A stretch of DNA of 64,000 nucleotides, from positions 384,896 to 448,895 of the forward strand of contig NMRA01000083.1 in the NCBI GenBank assembly GCA_002633005.1, in the 5' to 3' direction. Positions 1-11,940 of this stretch are shown here, in pieces; the first letter of the stretch is position 1; every line of letters begins with the position of its first letter. The notes under the pieces were generated by a model, which saw nothing but the letters and a program-made list of their open reading frames with translations, was not told the origin of the DNA and did not search any database. The position numbers and the translations under genes are program-made. This DNA is from Phoronis australis. Lineage: Eukaryota; Animalia; Phoronida.

Positions 1-1
1 A

Positions 2-280
<279 letters not shown>

Positions 281-745
281 GATGTTAGCAGCCGGGAGAC
301 CACAGGTGGTTTTTCATGTGATGTTGTATCGACACAAAATATGCAATATTTCTGGTCATCAAATTGGTGCTCAAATATACATTATAACCTCTCTTCAGTT
401 TCGCAGGAAAAATAATTGGCAACATTGCAACTTTGTGATTGCATTTTAAATTTCCAAAATGTAACCTAAGTTTTGTTTGAATATATCGTTACTGAACAGT
501 CCTTGCTACTGATAAGCTAAAATTTTTTAAAGTGTTTCTTTTCGTTGACAAATTTTATTCGGGCAAAATAAAATTTGACTTATCTGCCATTTTGTGTACT
601 AAATTAAAGAATGCTTACTGTGTTGTGTATACAGTACAAGCCAATAGTATTCAGGCAATATGACCCGGAAGTACCCGTCATAGCAGCTTAGTAGAAGCTG
701 AGTTCATTGTCAGAGTAACCATACTGTATTAGAATTTTGATACCC

Positions 746-755
746 TAATAATAAT

Positions 756-791
<36 letters not shown>

Positions 792-803
792 TATAATAAT
801 AAT
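746..803. repeat. (AAT)n microsatellite
   Basis: Direct read of an imperfect AAT run. Confidence 0.95.
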
Positions 804-871
804 TTATTAGATGTCATGACTGGGAAACAGTATTTTGTCTGATTACTTTTGTGTTGTGCTGTAAACTTTAA

Positions 872-1924
872 AGGAGAATGCCACCCAAAAAACAACCTAA
901 TTTGTATCAATTTAGATCGAGTAGTTCCACTCAATAACAGCAAGTACAGTTCTTTTACCTGACAGGTGATGGCAGACGGAGGTGTTGACGTCACAGGTTC
1001 GAATGCAGTCTGTTCCGCAGTTCAAATAATGTATATGTTTATCTAAATAAAGATTCCCCTAACATCTGACCATAGGATATAAAATCGAGTTCTTGTTTCA
1101 CAACAGCTTTCTTTCAACAAACACTGAATTAGGATGCACTCACACGGCCTTGGTGCCTGGTCAATTAGCTTTATTGCATCAAGAGCCGGTAACGCAACTT
1201 ACGATTTATTCATTGTTGACTTCTCAAATTATTTGCACTTACGAACACTCCAAAGGCATTACAAATTGTATATAATAAGACAGACTTTGTTTCAGCTTAT
1301 ATAAGCATTAGTTAGGGTGAGAATAATTCATTTTGAAACAGAACGCACAATAATAAACATCAATTAATTGTAATTGTTTATGTTTTCATAGCCAACTACA
1401 ATTCTTCGAAATCAAAAACTGACCAACAACTGATCCGCTTTTCTTTGTCTCCTGCTTGCCAAACGCAAACACGAGGCACATCATCTGACTTCCAGCCTCA
1501 GTCTCTTTTTCTGTCCTCGCATGAGCTGTTTGGTAAGCTGGCAATCGTCGGTGAAATAACTGTCGAAATCCCGGCCACTGACACGGAGATGTTTCACAGC
1601 CTCATTCTTTGTATTAACGGTGTTCTTTTATTCTTCACTGCCGCGAGCCACTTCCGAAGCATTACAGGCTCTCGAGGAAATCGAAAAAATGATATACCCG
1701 CTTTTCTCATAGCTTCACGATTCGCATAAGTGGGAACGATACACCATATTTTAGCGGCAATCATTCTGCCGAAGAACCACTGACGTCGCTGCGTCGTTTC
1801 TCACCTTCCCCACAGGTTAACACAACACCTTTCGGCGAGGTAAGATCGACCATATACGAGGTGATGTGGATATAGACCGATGAAGATGGTAAAAATGACT
1901 AATTAAATCGGGTGGCATTCTCCT
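872..1924 (-). mobile_element. Kolobok-like non-autonomous DNA transposon with decayed THAP-domain remnant
   Basis: Perfect 15-bp TIRs AGGAGAATGCCACCC (872-886) and GGGTGGCATTCTCCT (1910-1924), flanked by TTAA at 868-871 and 1925-1928. RR...YY termini with TTAA TSD are the Kolobok signature. Internal THAP-like relic on the minus strand. Confidence 0.85.
1466..1764 (-). pseudogene. Frameshifted THAP-domain remnant (transposon-derived)
   Basis: MIAAKIWCIVPTYANREAMRKAGISFFRFPREPVMLRKWLAAVKNKR, then after frameshifts HLRVSGRDF and LRL/KSDDVPRV. Matches THAP motifs CxVxxC, FFxFP, W, RVCxxHF and LKxxAVP. Confidence 0.7.
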
Positions 1925-4900
1925 TTAAAGCATCATCTCACCTCAGGACCACTCGATCAATTGTGGCCCACAGGTATAGCTGTGTTGATGTAATATTTTT
2001 ATGTTATCATAAAAAATGTAGTAGTTTCTTTTGTAACTGTCACTGTAAATGACGGTACGGTTTAAAGTTATTATAGTATGAATGTCGTAAGCTCATATGA
2101 AATTCACTCAATGATGTTCTTAAGTTGCTGATTTGATTGGGAACCTGCAACCTGTTTTACTTAAAAGACTTACGACTTTTTCTCATCAAAGGTCTGACTT
2201 GTTCTTGTCAGAACTTTAGGCAATGTTTAAACCCTGTCTGGTTGTCTGTCTGGTTTTCTGGTGACAGTCGCAGTGCTGGTTGATTTGGCATAAATCAGAG
2301 ACTAGACATATAACTTTTTTAGTGAAGTAGACCTAAGCCTTGGTCGTGAAATTACAACTTCTTAGTTAAACAGACCTCACTTCAGATTTACTCAAGTTTA
2401 GTAAATACCATGACAATGCCTATGAACACTGTTTGCCAGATTTTTAATCAAAACCCTATGTTTGCTAGATTTCATTAATGCATTTTAGTGTGACGGTTCA
2501 AAAGGTTGATTATTGTAGTGCGGTCGACAATAATGCTTCGTTGATCACAATGTAACAATGAACGTTCATAACTGAACAGCATCTAATTAAAATTTTGTGA
2601 GATGGTGATCGTGGATGTTCTAGGCTCATACACAATTGCTTTTTTTATTTGCAGATATTGTGTACGCTGCGGGGGACATTCTTCGTTCTGAAAACATATT
2701 CTCCAGCGCAAAGGTTAGAACATGATTTAGTATAAATTGTCATTGCTTGTTTGAACCAGTGCCAATTTCCTACCCAAAACATAAGTACAGTAATTTTTCT
2801 CTTATGAAACATGCAATATGGCAGACAAGTGAAATTTTTCATTAAGATAAGATTCAGAAAGTGTTTGATGTTAGCAGAGTGTGTTATGTGGCAGTCATGG
2901 AACAACAGTTTGGTTAAATGTCCGTTGTTTGCAACTATGAAATGCTACTTGTGGTTCACTCACTTCAATAGACAACTATCCAGTGTCCAAATGTACATTT
3001 TCATCAGCAACTATTCAAGTAGATCTATCATGCAAATGCCAGAAGTCATGATGTTTATCATACCAAAACAAAAATGAACCAATGAGAAAAGAACACACAT
3101 CATTTATTATGTTTTTAATTGCCATGTTTATTTATTTTACATACAAATATGTGATTTCAATTTCAGCGAAAACTAACTTAGTTTGTTTGTGACACAATGA
3201 GTAATTCGTCTAAGCCAAGTGATTCCTATGGATATTTCATTCATTCTGAATTACATACTGTCTGTAATTGAAGAGAAAATGATGTTTCGCTTGTCTGCCA
3301 TGTGGTTAATAAATTGATGAAATTTTACGTAACTAATATAATGAATTGTATTTTACACACTATGCAGGCATCTTTGAAATTTGATTTTTTAGCTCTTGTG
3401 ATTTCAAATGTTAAGCAAATTGTTAAATGGTCTATTCTTGCACTAAATAGTGGCTTGCCATTTGCGATGCGCTGGTATAGGCACTTGACATTATTGGCTG
3501 CCTTCTTTACCAAAAATAAAGTATGAATTATAGGCCCATAAAACTATGTATTTTAAAATGCCAGAGGATTGCAAATTAGAAGCTTTTGTACAATAAGGCC
3601 TGGATGTTCGTTGTCGTGTTGCTGCATTTTTTGTTACAAACCTTGATTTTTCACTGAGATCGCCATAATTTCCAAACATGAATATTTTGTGTAGTGTTTC
3701 CATATTCGGTTTCTTTGCTGCAAGAGAGTGTGCCAGGGCTTTTCTTTCAAGGCCTTTTGGTCTGAGAATTCTGCTGTCAATTATGACTAAGTCAACATTC
3801 CTTGAAAACATCAAAGTCTTGATTTTTTGACAGCAGAGCTCTCAGCCTAAAGAAACCGCTGGCTCACTTTTGTAGCTTATAGTTCCACACCTTTTTTGTG
3901 GAAAAAATTTTGTCTAGAAATTCATGTGTGTCATTGCAAACCTCTGTGCATTCCTTTCATGCACACAATAACATTCCACGATCCCTGAGGATTTTAAAAA
4001 TGAGTAATATAATTTTATGGGTCTACTATTAATACTGAAAAGTTATTAAAAAATTGTTCCTTGGTAATGAAGGTATCTTACCAAGAGATTTTAAAGTAGT
4101 GTTACGAATTATAAAGTCATATTGAATCATATGTAGACTGTATTGTAATTCGAAAATTTCGCACATTGTTGATTTTGGTGCCTTTCCCTTTATTCTTGAA
4201 TCTGGTACGGCCAGTATTGCCTATTTCTAGAATTTGGGGCAGACTCCAGTCTTGAGCAAATTTTAAATAAGTAGTTTTTCAAAGTGCCAAATTGGAGAAT
4301 TTTTGTGGTGTTGTTGTGAAAGCTTTCATTTGGACAAGTGTACAAGAAGTTTTAATTCTGAACATGATAAGACACTGTCTCTGAAATCCTGTCTCAATTA
4401 CATTGTTTAAGTAGGATGAGCATTTGTGTAATTTCCATTTTAGTTCCCTGTATTAAGCAATATTATGTCTAAGTGTATTAATAGGATTTTCGAACTGTGA
4501 TAAAAGAATTGCCATGAAACTTGATGAGATGTTGTTATTGTTGTTGAGTGCTGAATATATGAATAAGTGCCAGAAGAGTGCTGAATGCAACTTATGTTGT
4601 ATCTGTCGTGCTGACTTTTTACGTTCTGTGGTATTTTTAAGTCCTTGTGTTATATTCATTTGCCAAAATAGATGTTTTAACATTTGTCTGCACTTTCTAG
4701 TGAAGCAAGTTTGCGATAATAACTTGTCACAATTATAAAATATGAAAGATTAATTGTGTTGTATGAATTACTCCTTCAATAACGTAGAAAATATATCTGA
4801 AACTAAATAAGGCGATCCAGATCCTCCCAAGGATACTATTGTTTCATGAAATGAAGAATATAAATCGGTAAATAAAACAACAAGAATGGATCAACTGAAA

Positions 4901-5497
4901 TTTGAAATTTTCGGAGGTAACAACTTCCTTTATCAACAAAAACAGAAAAAAAAGTACACATACACGGCAAACAATTTGGCATTGATAGTGACTGTGGACA
5001 TACAACTGGTTCCTATTCCATAGACGCAGTTCACTTGTGAAAACGCAAGATAACTCTAGTCTTTGCGAGATATCATCATGGATTACAAGCAAAACATGTG
5101 ATCACACTAGTTTTATTTGCGAAATTCCTGCGTCTGGGAAACTTGGCCCTTTATTGTTGTTGACGTACAAATTGTGAAAGTCACTGACTTGCTGTTTAAA
5201 CACCTGTCTGCTTTGTTTTTTTTTCAGATACATAGTTGGTGTATTACAATAGCTAACTTGTCATTTTGTGAAAATGAAAATGTGTGATTTTGCTGTGACA
5301 TAAAATAAAACAATACTCTGATTCATTAGGAATTTATTGATGAAATCTTGTACAAAGAGAATGTCACCTTTTTGAAGTCATCTTTGGTCTATTTGGTATT
5401 TGTTTTATTTACAATGTAAAAGGTATTTCAAACCTATTTAGTTTATAAAACAAAATTAATAAAGAGACTAATTTACAGTAATATTTACAATTACAAT

Positions 5498-5541
5498 GAG
5501 GGTAGCCCCATCAGTTCACACTGCTTTCCATGGGAGCCCTC
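5498..5541 (-). mobile_element. Stem-loop resembling the 3' tail of an L2/CR1-group LINE (repeated in the duplicate at ~7474-7517)
   Basis: Minus strand GAGGGCTCCCATGGAAAGCAG...CTGATGGGGCTACCCTC folds as a hairpin and is followed by an AT-rich tail. Family assignment is from recall only. Confidence 0.35.
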
Positions 5542-5971
5542 AGTGGGAAAATTGTTCAATGTAGTCTGTGGCTTTTGAACTGTTGTATTATTAGAATATG
5601 TGTTCCTAGCACCATTGCTCAAGTCAAATGGCAAATTGTTAAATCGTTGCTGGGACTCGTTCCTGGCTCAGGCTATACAGAATCCATGGGGGGGTAATAA
5701 AACGATAATCTTCTCAGCCACGACCATAAACCTTTTGTTAAGCTACATTTACTTACACTGGCCAACTGTATACTAAGGTCAGGGTTCACGAAGAATTGTT
5801 TTCACTGACCTTGCACATCAATTTCAAAACGCCTGCTGTTTGTTAATGAAACCCATGATTTACAACTGGGTCTGCAAAATTCTAAGCCATTATGCGGACT
5901 AGTTGCCCATTCCAAGCCCAAACTGCTAAAAATCAACTATTGAGTATCGATATCAGAACCAAAAAGCAAGA

Positions 5972-6189
5972 CGTGCGCGCACCCAGCCTAAAATCAAGGG
6001 GGGGCTCGAATTTTTGACAGTGTGGAAGTTTTACTAAGGAAAAAACGGGGTACCACGTTCAGAGCTATGAATTGTGCATTCGTGCCTTTTTAGTGGACTT
6101 TTTGTTTCTCTGAGGTGGACCTTTTTGCCCACTTTGCCAAGTGGGAGGGCTCGTCTGAGGCCCCCCGAGCCCCTCTGGATGCGCGCATG
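5972..6189. mobile_element. MITE with C(A/G)TGCGCGCA(C/T)CCAG TIRs (copy in the duplicate at ~7948-8199; partial copy from 12548)
   Basis: Left CGTGCGCGCACCCAG, right CTGGATGCGCGCATG, with direct repeat CAAGA on both flanks (5967-5971, 6190-6194). Confidence 0.7.
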
Positions 6190-6394
6190 CAAGAGAATAC
6201 AGTTTAATTGGAGTAGCCAGTGTTTCTGGACATTGGTCATTGTGCACACTTCTGATTTAGATAATTGTTTTGTTAATTCGGTTTTTATAAAAAAGATTCA
6301 TAGTGCGCCTATAGTAAGTAAATCATCCCAAATTGACCAAAAATGCCTTCAAAAAAGGTAGCGTTCCTATTTAAAGTGATTATGTCTCAAAAAC

Positions 6395-6694
6395 AACTTT
6401 TGATTTAGACCACTTACCACTATGAAAGTAATCTCAAAATGCCCTTCAGTCAGGATTAGGACAGAACTTGTGGAACATTGTCTCGAACAATAACTAATAG
6501 TACTATTAGGTATTGTTTGAGACAATGTTCCACAAGTTGAGTTGCCACAGTGTGTCATTTTATTTGGGGAATACGGTCTCGTGCAATGCCGTGGTGAACT
6601 GTTAGTTCTCTACAAGACCAGATATCACTTTTCGTCTGAGTAAGGGATAAGTTGAGAATAATTTAATATTGGTTATCAGTCTAAATCAAAAGTT
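6395..6694. mobile_element. MITE family with AACTTTTGATTTAGACCAC-type TIRs, copy 1 (duplicate at ~8393-8689)
   Basis: Left AACTTTTGATTTAGACCACTTACC, right GTCTAAATCAAAAGTT. Same termini at 14214-14445 and 36858-37243. Confidence 0.7.
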
Positions 6695-9614
6695 ATCTTC
6701 TTCAATGCACTGCAAGTTTATTTTCGCTTATGTTTTAAAGTTTTGGATGTAGTGATGTCCATGTGATCTTTATTGGTGTGTGTAACAGAGAATATAATTT
6801 ATTCAGCAACTGGTGTCATTATTCAAGGTTTTAAGTGGTACCGAGGAAATAAGTTTTATACATCAGACATACTTACGCGACCTGGAATGTCTTACGTAAC
6901 ACCGAGTACGTAATTTTTTTATATTACATAGGTGAATCACAAAGTAGTGCAATGTTGAAATCCATACGCCTTACATTTTATCGTTTGCAAAACGCTAAAA
7001 CAAGCAAATGCGCGCCAACCAAACAATGCCGGAATTCCGAGAAAGTGACAAGGTTATGATTGACAAATTAGGTGTCGCAACTGCACGTGATCCCAGTCGG
7101 ACGGACATGCAAACGGACTCATGTTGAGCTGAGAATTCCATATCCACGACGTTCATTCAAACGGAGACAAACCCCAACTCAAGAAATGCGGNTTTTTTTT
7201 CAGATACATAGTTGGTGTATTACAATAGCTAACTTGTCATTTTGTGAAAATGAAAATGTGTGATTTTGCTGTGACATAAAATAAAACAATACTCTGATTC
7301 ATTAGGAATTTATTGATGAAATCTTGTACAAAGAGAATGTCACCTTTTTGAAGTCATCTTTGGTCTATTTGGTATTTGTTTTATTTACAATGTAAAAGGT
7401 ATTTCAAACCTATTTAGTTTATAAAACAAAATTAATAAAGAGACTAATTTACAGTAATATTTACAATTACAATGAGGGTAGCCCCATCAGTTCACACTGC
7501 TTTCCATGGGAGCCCTCAGTGGGAAAATTGTTCAATGTAGTCTGTGGCTTTTGAACTGTTGTATTATTAGAATATGTGTTCCTAGCACCATTGCTCAAGT
7601 CAAATGGCAAATTGTTAAATCGTTGCTGGGACTCGTTCCTGGCTCAGGCTATACAGAATCCATGGGGGGGTAATAAAACGATAATCTTCTCAGCCACGAC
7701 CATAAACCTTTTGTTAAGCTACATTTACTTACACTGGCCAACTGTATACTAAGGTCAGGGTTCACGAAGAATTGTTTTCACTGACCTTGCACATCAATTT
7801 CAAAACGCCTGCTGTTTGTTAATGAAACCCATGATTTACAACTGGGTCTGCAAAATTCTAAGCCATTATGCGGACTAGTTGCCCATTCCAAGCCCAAACT
7901 GCTAAAAATCAACTATTGAGTATCGATATCAGAACCAAAAAGCAAGACGTGCGCGCACCTAGCTTAAAATCTAGGGGAGCTCGAATTTTTGACAGTGTAG
8001 AAGTTTTACTAACAGAAAAAACGGGACTAAAAAAAACGGTACCACATTCAGAGCTATGAATTGTGCATTTGGGCCTTTTTAGTGGACTTTCGTTTCATTT
8101 TCTTGGACTTTTTGTTTCTCCGAGGTGGACCTTTTTGCCCACTTTGCCAAATGGGAGGGCTCGCCTGAGGCCCCCCGAGCCCCCCTGGATGTGCGCATGC
8201 AAGAGAATACAGCTTAATTGGAGTGGCCAGTGTTTCTGGACATTGGTAATTGTGCACACTCCTGTTTTAGGTAATTGTTTTGTTAATTCCATTTTTATAG
8301 AAAAGATTCATAGTGCGCCTATAGTAAAAATTGACCAAAAATGCCTTCAAAAAAGGCAGCGTTCCTATTTAAAGTGATTATGTCTCAAAAACAACTTTTG
8401 ATTTAGACCACTTAACACTATGAAAGTAATCTCAAAATGCCCTTCAGTCAGGGTTAGGACAGAACTTGTGGAACATTGTATCCAACAATAACTAATAGTA
8501 CTATTAGGTATTGTTTGAGACAATCCACAAATTGAGTTGCCACTGTGTGTCATTTTATTTGGGGAATACGATCTCGTGCAGTGCCGTGGTAAACTGTTAG
8601 TTCTCTACAAGACCAGATATCACTTCTCGTGTGAGTAAAGGGCAAGTTGAGAATAATTTTATATTGGTTATCGGTCTAAATCAAAAGTTAGCTTCTTCAA
8701 TGCACCGCAAGTTTATTTACGCTGATGTTTTAAAGTTTTGGATGTAGTGATGTCCATGTGATCTTTATTGATGTGTGTAACAGAGAATATAATTTATTCA
8801 GCAACTGGTGTCATTATTCAAGGTTTTAAGTGGTACCGAGGCAATAAGTTTTACACGTCAGACATAATTACGCGACCTGGAATGTGTTATGTAACACCGA
8901 GTACGTAATTTTTTATATTACATAGGTGAATTACAAAGTAATACAACGTTGACATCCATACGCCTTACATTTTATCGTTTGCAAAACGCTAAAACGAGCA
9001 AATGCGCGCCAACCAAACAATGCTGGAATTCCGAGAAAGTGACAAGGTTATGATTGACAAATTAGGTGTCGCAACTGTACGTGCTCCCAGTCGGAAGGAC
9101 ATGCAAACGGACTCATGTTGAGCTGAGAATTCCATATCCACGACGTTCATTCAAACGGAGACAATCCCCAACTCAAGAAATGCGGTGAGACTGTCTTGCT
9201 GTGTTGTCTCAAGGTCAATTCAATGCTCATGCGCGGGGAAGCCCTCGCTGGTTCCCTGCGTGCCGCGAGGTGGCCAGTAGCCAGCAAACTGGCATCACTT
9301 AATTTTCCTCGAGAAATTTTTTTATACCGGCATTTCTGTTTGGCTAGTGGAATTCTCAACAGGCAGCGCTTTACGCCAACAATGCATGACTGATGGACTG
9401 GAGTGTAAACTGCGGTCTGTTGTACAGGAAATGTGAATCCTAGAAATTGCGAATGCGCCTTTTCAGATTTACAGTATGAATAACACACTGGTTAAATTGG
9501 CCAGATATGTGTTTATTGTACATGTATGTGCTTCAAGCACGCGGCTATTAAACATAACTGCAGAAACGAAATATTTGCTGCGACGCCACTTGCATGACAT
9601 GGCTAAAAATCGTT

Positions 9615-10166
9615 CTCGCTGGTCCCCTACATGCCTAGCCAGCATGCAGGTATCATGCAGCATTGGTTGATCATGGGCGGCGCAGCAGTGAAAAAAGTGG
9701 GGGATTAAAGCCCCCAGCCCCCCCGTGGTGCACCGCCTGTAGACTATGGGCGGCGCAGCGCTAAAAAAGTGGGGGGCTATAGCCCCCATTCCCCTATGGT
9801 GCGCCGCCCATGTTGATGTAACCTCAGCAGTCATTGGTTAGCTTTACAACACCGTGAAAAAATGGCGGACTGTGAACGATGCATTCCGAAAAGGCGCAAC
9901 CAGTTTCTAGGATTCACATTTCCTGAACATAAATTTTAAGCACCGATTTGTCTGTACAACAGACCACATTTACACTTCAGTCTATCAGTCATGCCAGCAT
10001 AGACTATAGAGTATATATGATGCCAGTTTGTTTGCGTAAAGCGCTGCCTGTTGAGAATTCAACTAGCCAATCAGAAACGCCAGTGTAAAAAAATTTCCCG
10101 AGGAAAATTAAGCGATACCTGCATGCTGGCTACTGACCACCTAGTGGCACGCGGCCAACCAGCGAG
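9615..10166. mobile_element. Second copy of the same CTCGCTGG family, inserted in opposite orientation inside the first
   Basis: CTCGCTGG...CCAGCGAG termini with 9-bp TSD AAAATCGTT (9606-9614, 10167-10175). Internal segments are reverse complements of 9244-9466 and 10185-10305. Confidence 0.8.
9672..9812. mobile_element. Dimeric mini-MITE (CATGGGCGGCGCA...TGCGCCGCCCATG) nested in the inner element
   Basis: 13-bp TIRs. TSD TTGAT is confirmed against the uninterrupted homologous site near 10228-10242. A monomer copy lies at 20592-20662. Confidence 0.75.
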
Positions 10167-10562
10167 AAAATCGTTCAGGGTCAGCCATTATTTCACGGTG
10201 TAGTAAAGCTAACCAATGACTGCTGAGGTTACATCAACCAATGCTAAAGCATGTTCCACTCCGTGATACCTACGTGCTGGCTAGGCACGCTAGGGAACCA
10301 GCGAGGGGAAGCCTTGCTGACTGTTATTTATAAATGTTTTTAAGTTTTAATGTTACAACTTCAAAGATTATTTATTATAATTTAACTTGAATATTTTTGT
10401 TATGAAAGCTGAATACAAGTTACAATTTTTAAGGTTAAAGTAAAACTATTAACAAAAAGTAACTGAGTTTACTTTACATGTTTTTACAAAAGTTGTGTCT
10501 TGTGGTTGAAAGTTTTGGACACGTCGATTTTTTCGGCAAAAAGGATCGTTTTTACCGTTCAT

Positions 10563-10710
10563 GTGAGAAAACAAATCCTACACTTGTCTCGGGTTCATGA
10601 CATGGGCAAAACCTCTTGGAAATTTCGTCAAAATCCCTCGGCAAGCCTCGGGATTTTGACGGTTTTGCCCATGTCATAAACCTGAGACTTGTACAGGCCT
10701 TATTCTCAAC
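10563..10710. mobile_element. Small palindromic (fold-back) element
   Basis: GTCTCGGGTTCATGACATGGGCAAAACC pairs with GGTTTTGCCCATGTCATAAACCTGAGAC. Inner stem CGTCAAAATCCC/GGGATTTTGACG surrounds the loop TCGGCAAGCCTC. Confidence 0.65.
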
Positions 10711-10729
10711 ACAATAAGACCGGGATCCC

Positions 10730-11590
10730 AGAGCTTTTTTGGCCATGAAAAGGTAACCAATTTTCTTTGGTGCCACAGTGCTCTGTGGATATCCTAATGC
10801 TTGGAAATGACTGTCTGGCAGGTTCACTTTGGTGGGTGTGGTCAGGGGAGCCAAGAGAATGACAGTCAAAAATTGAGCCAGATCGACTTTTCTGGTAACC
10901 ACTTCAAACTGCCTTGGATACCTACTGCGTAATCCACTGTATCAAATTTGGTCACTGCCAGACAATTTCAGTGGTGGGTAGTATCAGCCAGACGGTTCTA
11001 TACAATGTGAAAAAATTGAGCTAGATCAATCCAAGAGGTAACCGCGTGAAACCAGCTGCAAAATATTCACCGTAAGCCCAGGTATCACGAATGAACACTG
11101 CCAGACAAATCTAGTGGTGGGTTCAGTTAGCCCCGCCAGACACGCCCGAATACCCAAGTTGAGCTAGATCAATCCATCAGGTAACCGTTTGAAACCAATT
11201 GCACGATGTTCAGCATCACTGTACATGACACAACTGTTAGATGCCAGACAATTTCAGTGGCGGGGTGCCCCTGCCAGATGCTTATCAAAAAGGGTTAAAA
11301 ATTGAGCTAGATCAACCCAAGAGATAACCGCTTAAAACCAGTTCCAAAATATTCACCGTAAGCCCAGGTATCGCGAATAAACACTGCCAGACAAATCTAG
11401 TGGTGAGTAAGCCCCGCCAGACACACCTAAAGACGTGACTTGAGCTAGATCAACCCACGAGGTAACCGTTTGAAACCAACTGCACGATGCTCAGCATCAC
11501 TGCACATCGCACAACAGTAAGATGCCAGACAATTTCAGCGTGGGGTGTCTGCCAGACGATTAAAGAAGCGCTAAAATTTGAGATAAGAAA
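10730..11590. repeat. Tandem array of ~143-bp diverged monomers in alternating A/B (dimeric) order
   Basis: Anchor TTGAGC(T/C)AGATC at 10873, 11016, 11159, 11302 and 11440, degenerate at 11578. Units at 11016/11302 and 11159/11440 are pairwise most alike. Confidence 0.85.
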
Positions 11591-11940
11591 AAACTAGACA
11601 CGTCACTGGTCGTCGAGCGCTTCATCCAGAGTAGCCCAAGGCGTGTGTTTTGCAAGTCTTTTTTGAGTGACATGCGCCAAACTTTGCCAATGAGTAATGG
11701 CAAGATGAATAAAATACATGTATGAGCCACCACTGGGGATTAAAAAGTTTTAAGCAGTTATTAAATTAGTACAGTATAACCACATGGCCCCTGCATATCC
11801 TCCGTACTAGTCACGGACTGCATGGTCACGCATCTTTACCCCCAGGTTGGCGGAGGACCGATTGGGAGGTTTGCGCACCGGTTGTTCCGCCACCGGAAAG
11901 CGAGCACCGGTAGTGCAGGTTCAGGCTGCGCGACAACCAG

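Larger units (their letters stand above)
5217..9185. other. Tandem ~2 kb duplication (5217-7191 and 7193-9185) joined by a single N; probable haplotype/assembly artefact
   Basis: Copies look identical for the first ~760 bp, then differ by scattered SNPs and indels. N at 7192 lies exactly at the junction. Confidence 0.85.
9244..10305. mobile_element. Non-autonomous TIR element (CTCGCTGG termini), outer member of a nested set
   Basis: Begins CTCGCTGGTTCCCTGCGTGCC and ends GGCACGCTAGGGAACCAGCGAG. TSD GGGAAGCC at 9236-9243 and 10306-10313. Confidence 0.8.

Noticed and set aside
10730-11590. CRISPR-like repeat-spacer appearance
   Set aside because: The 'spacers' are homologous in alternating units, the period is 143 bp, the context is eukaryotic and there are no cas genes.
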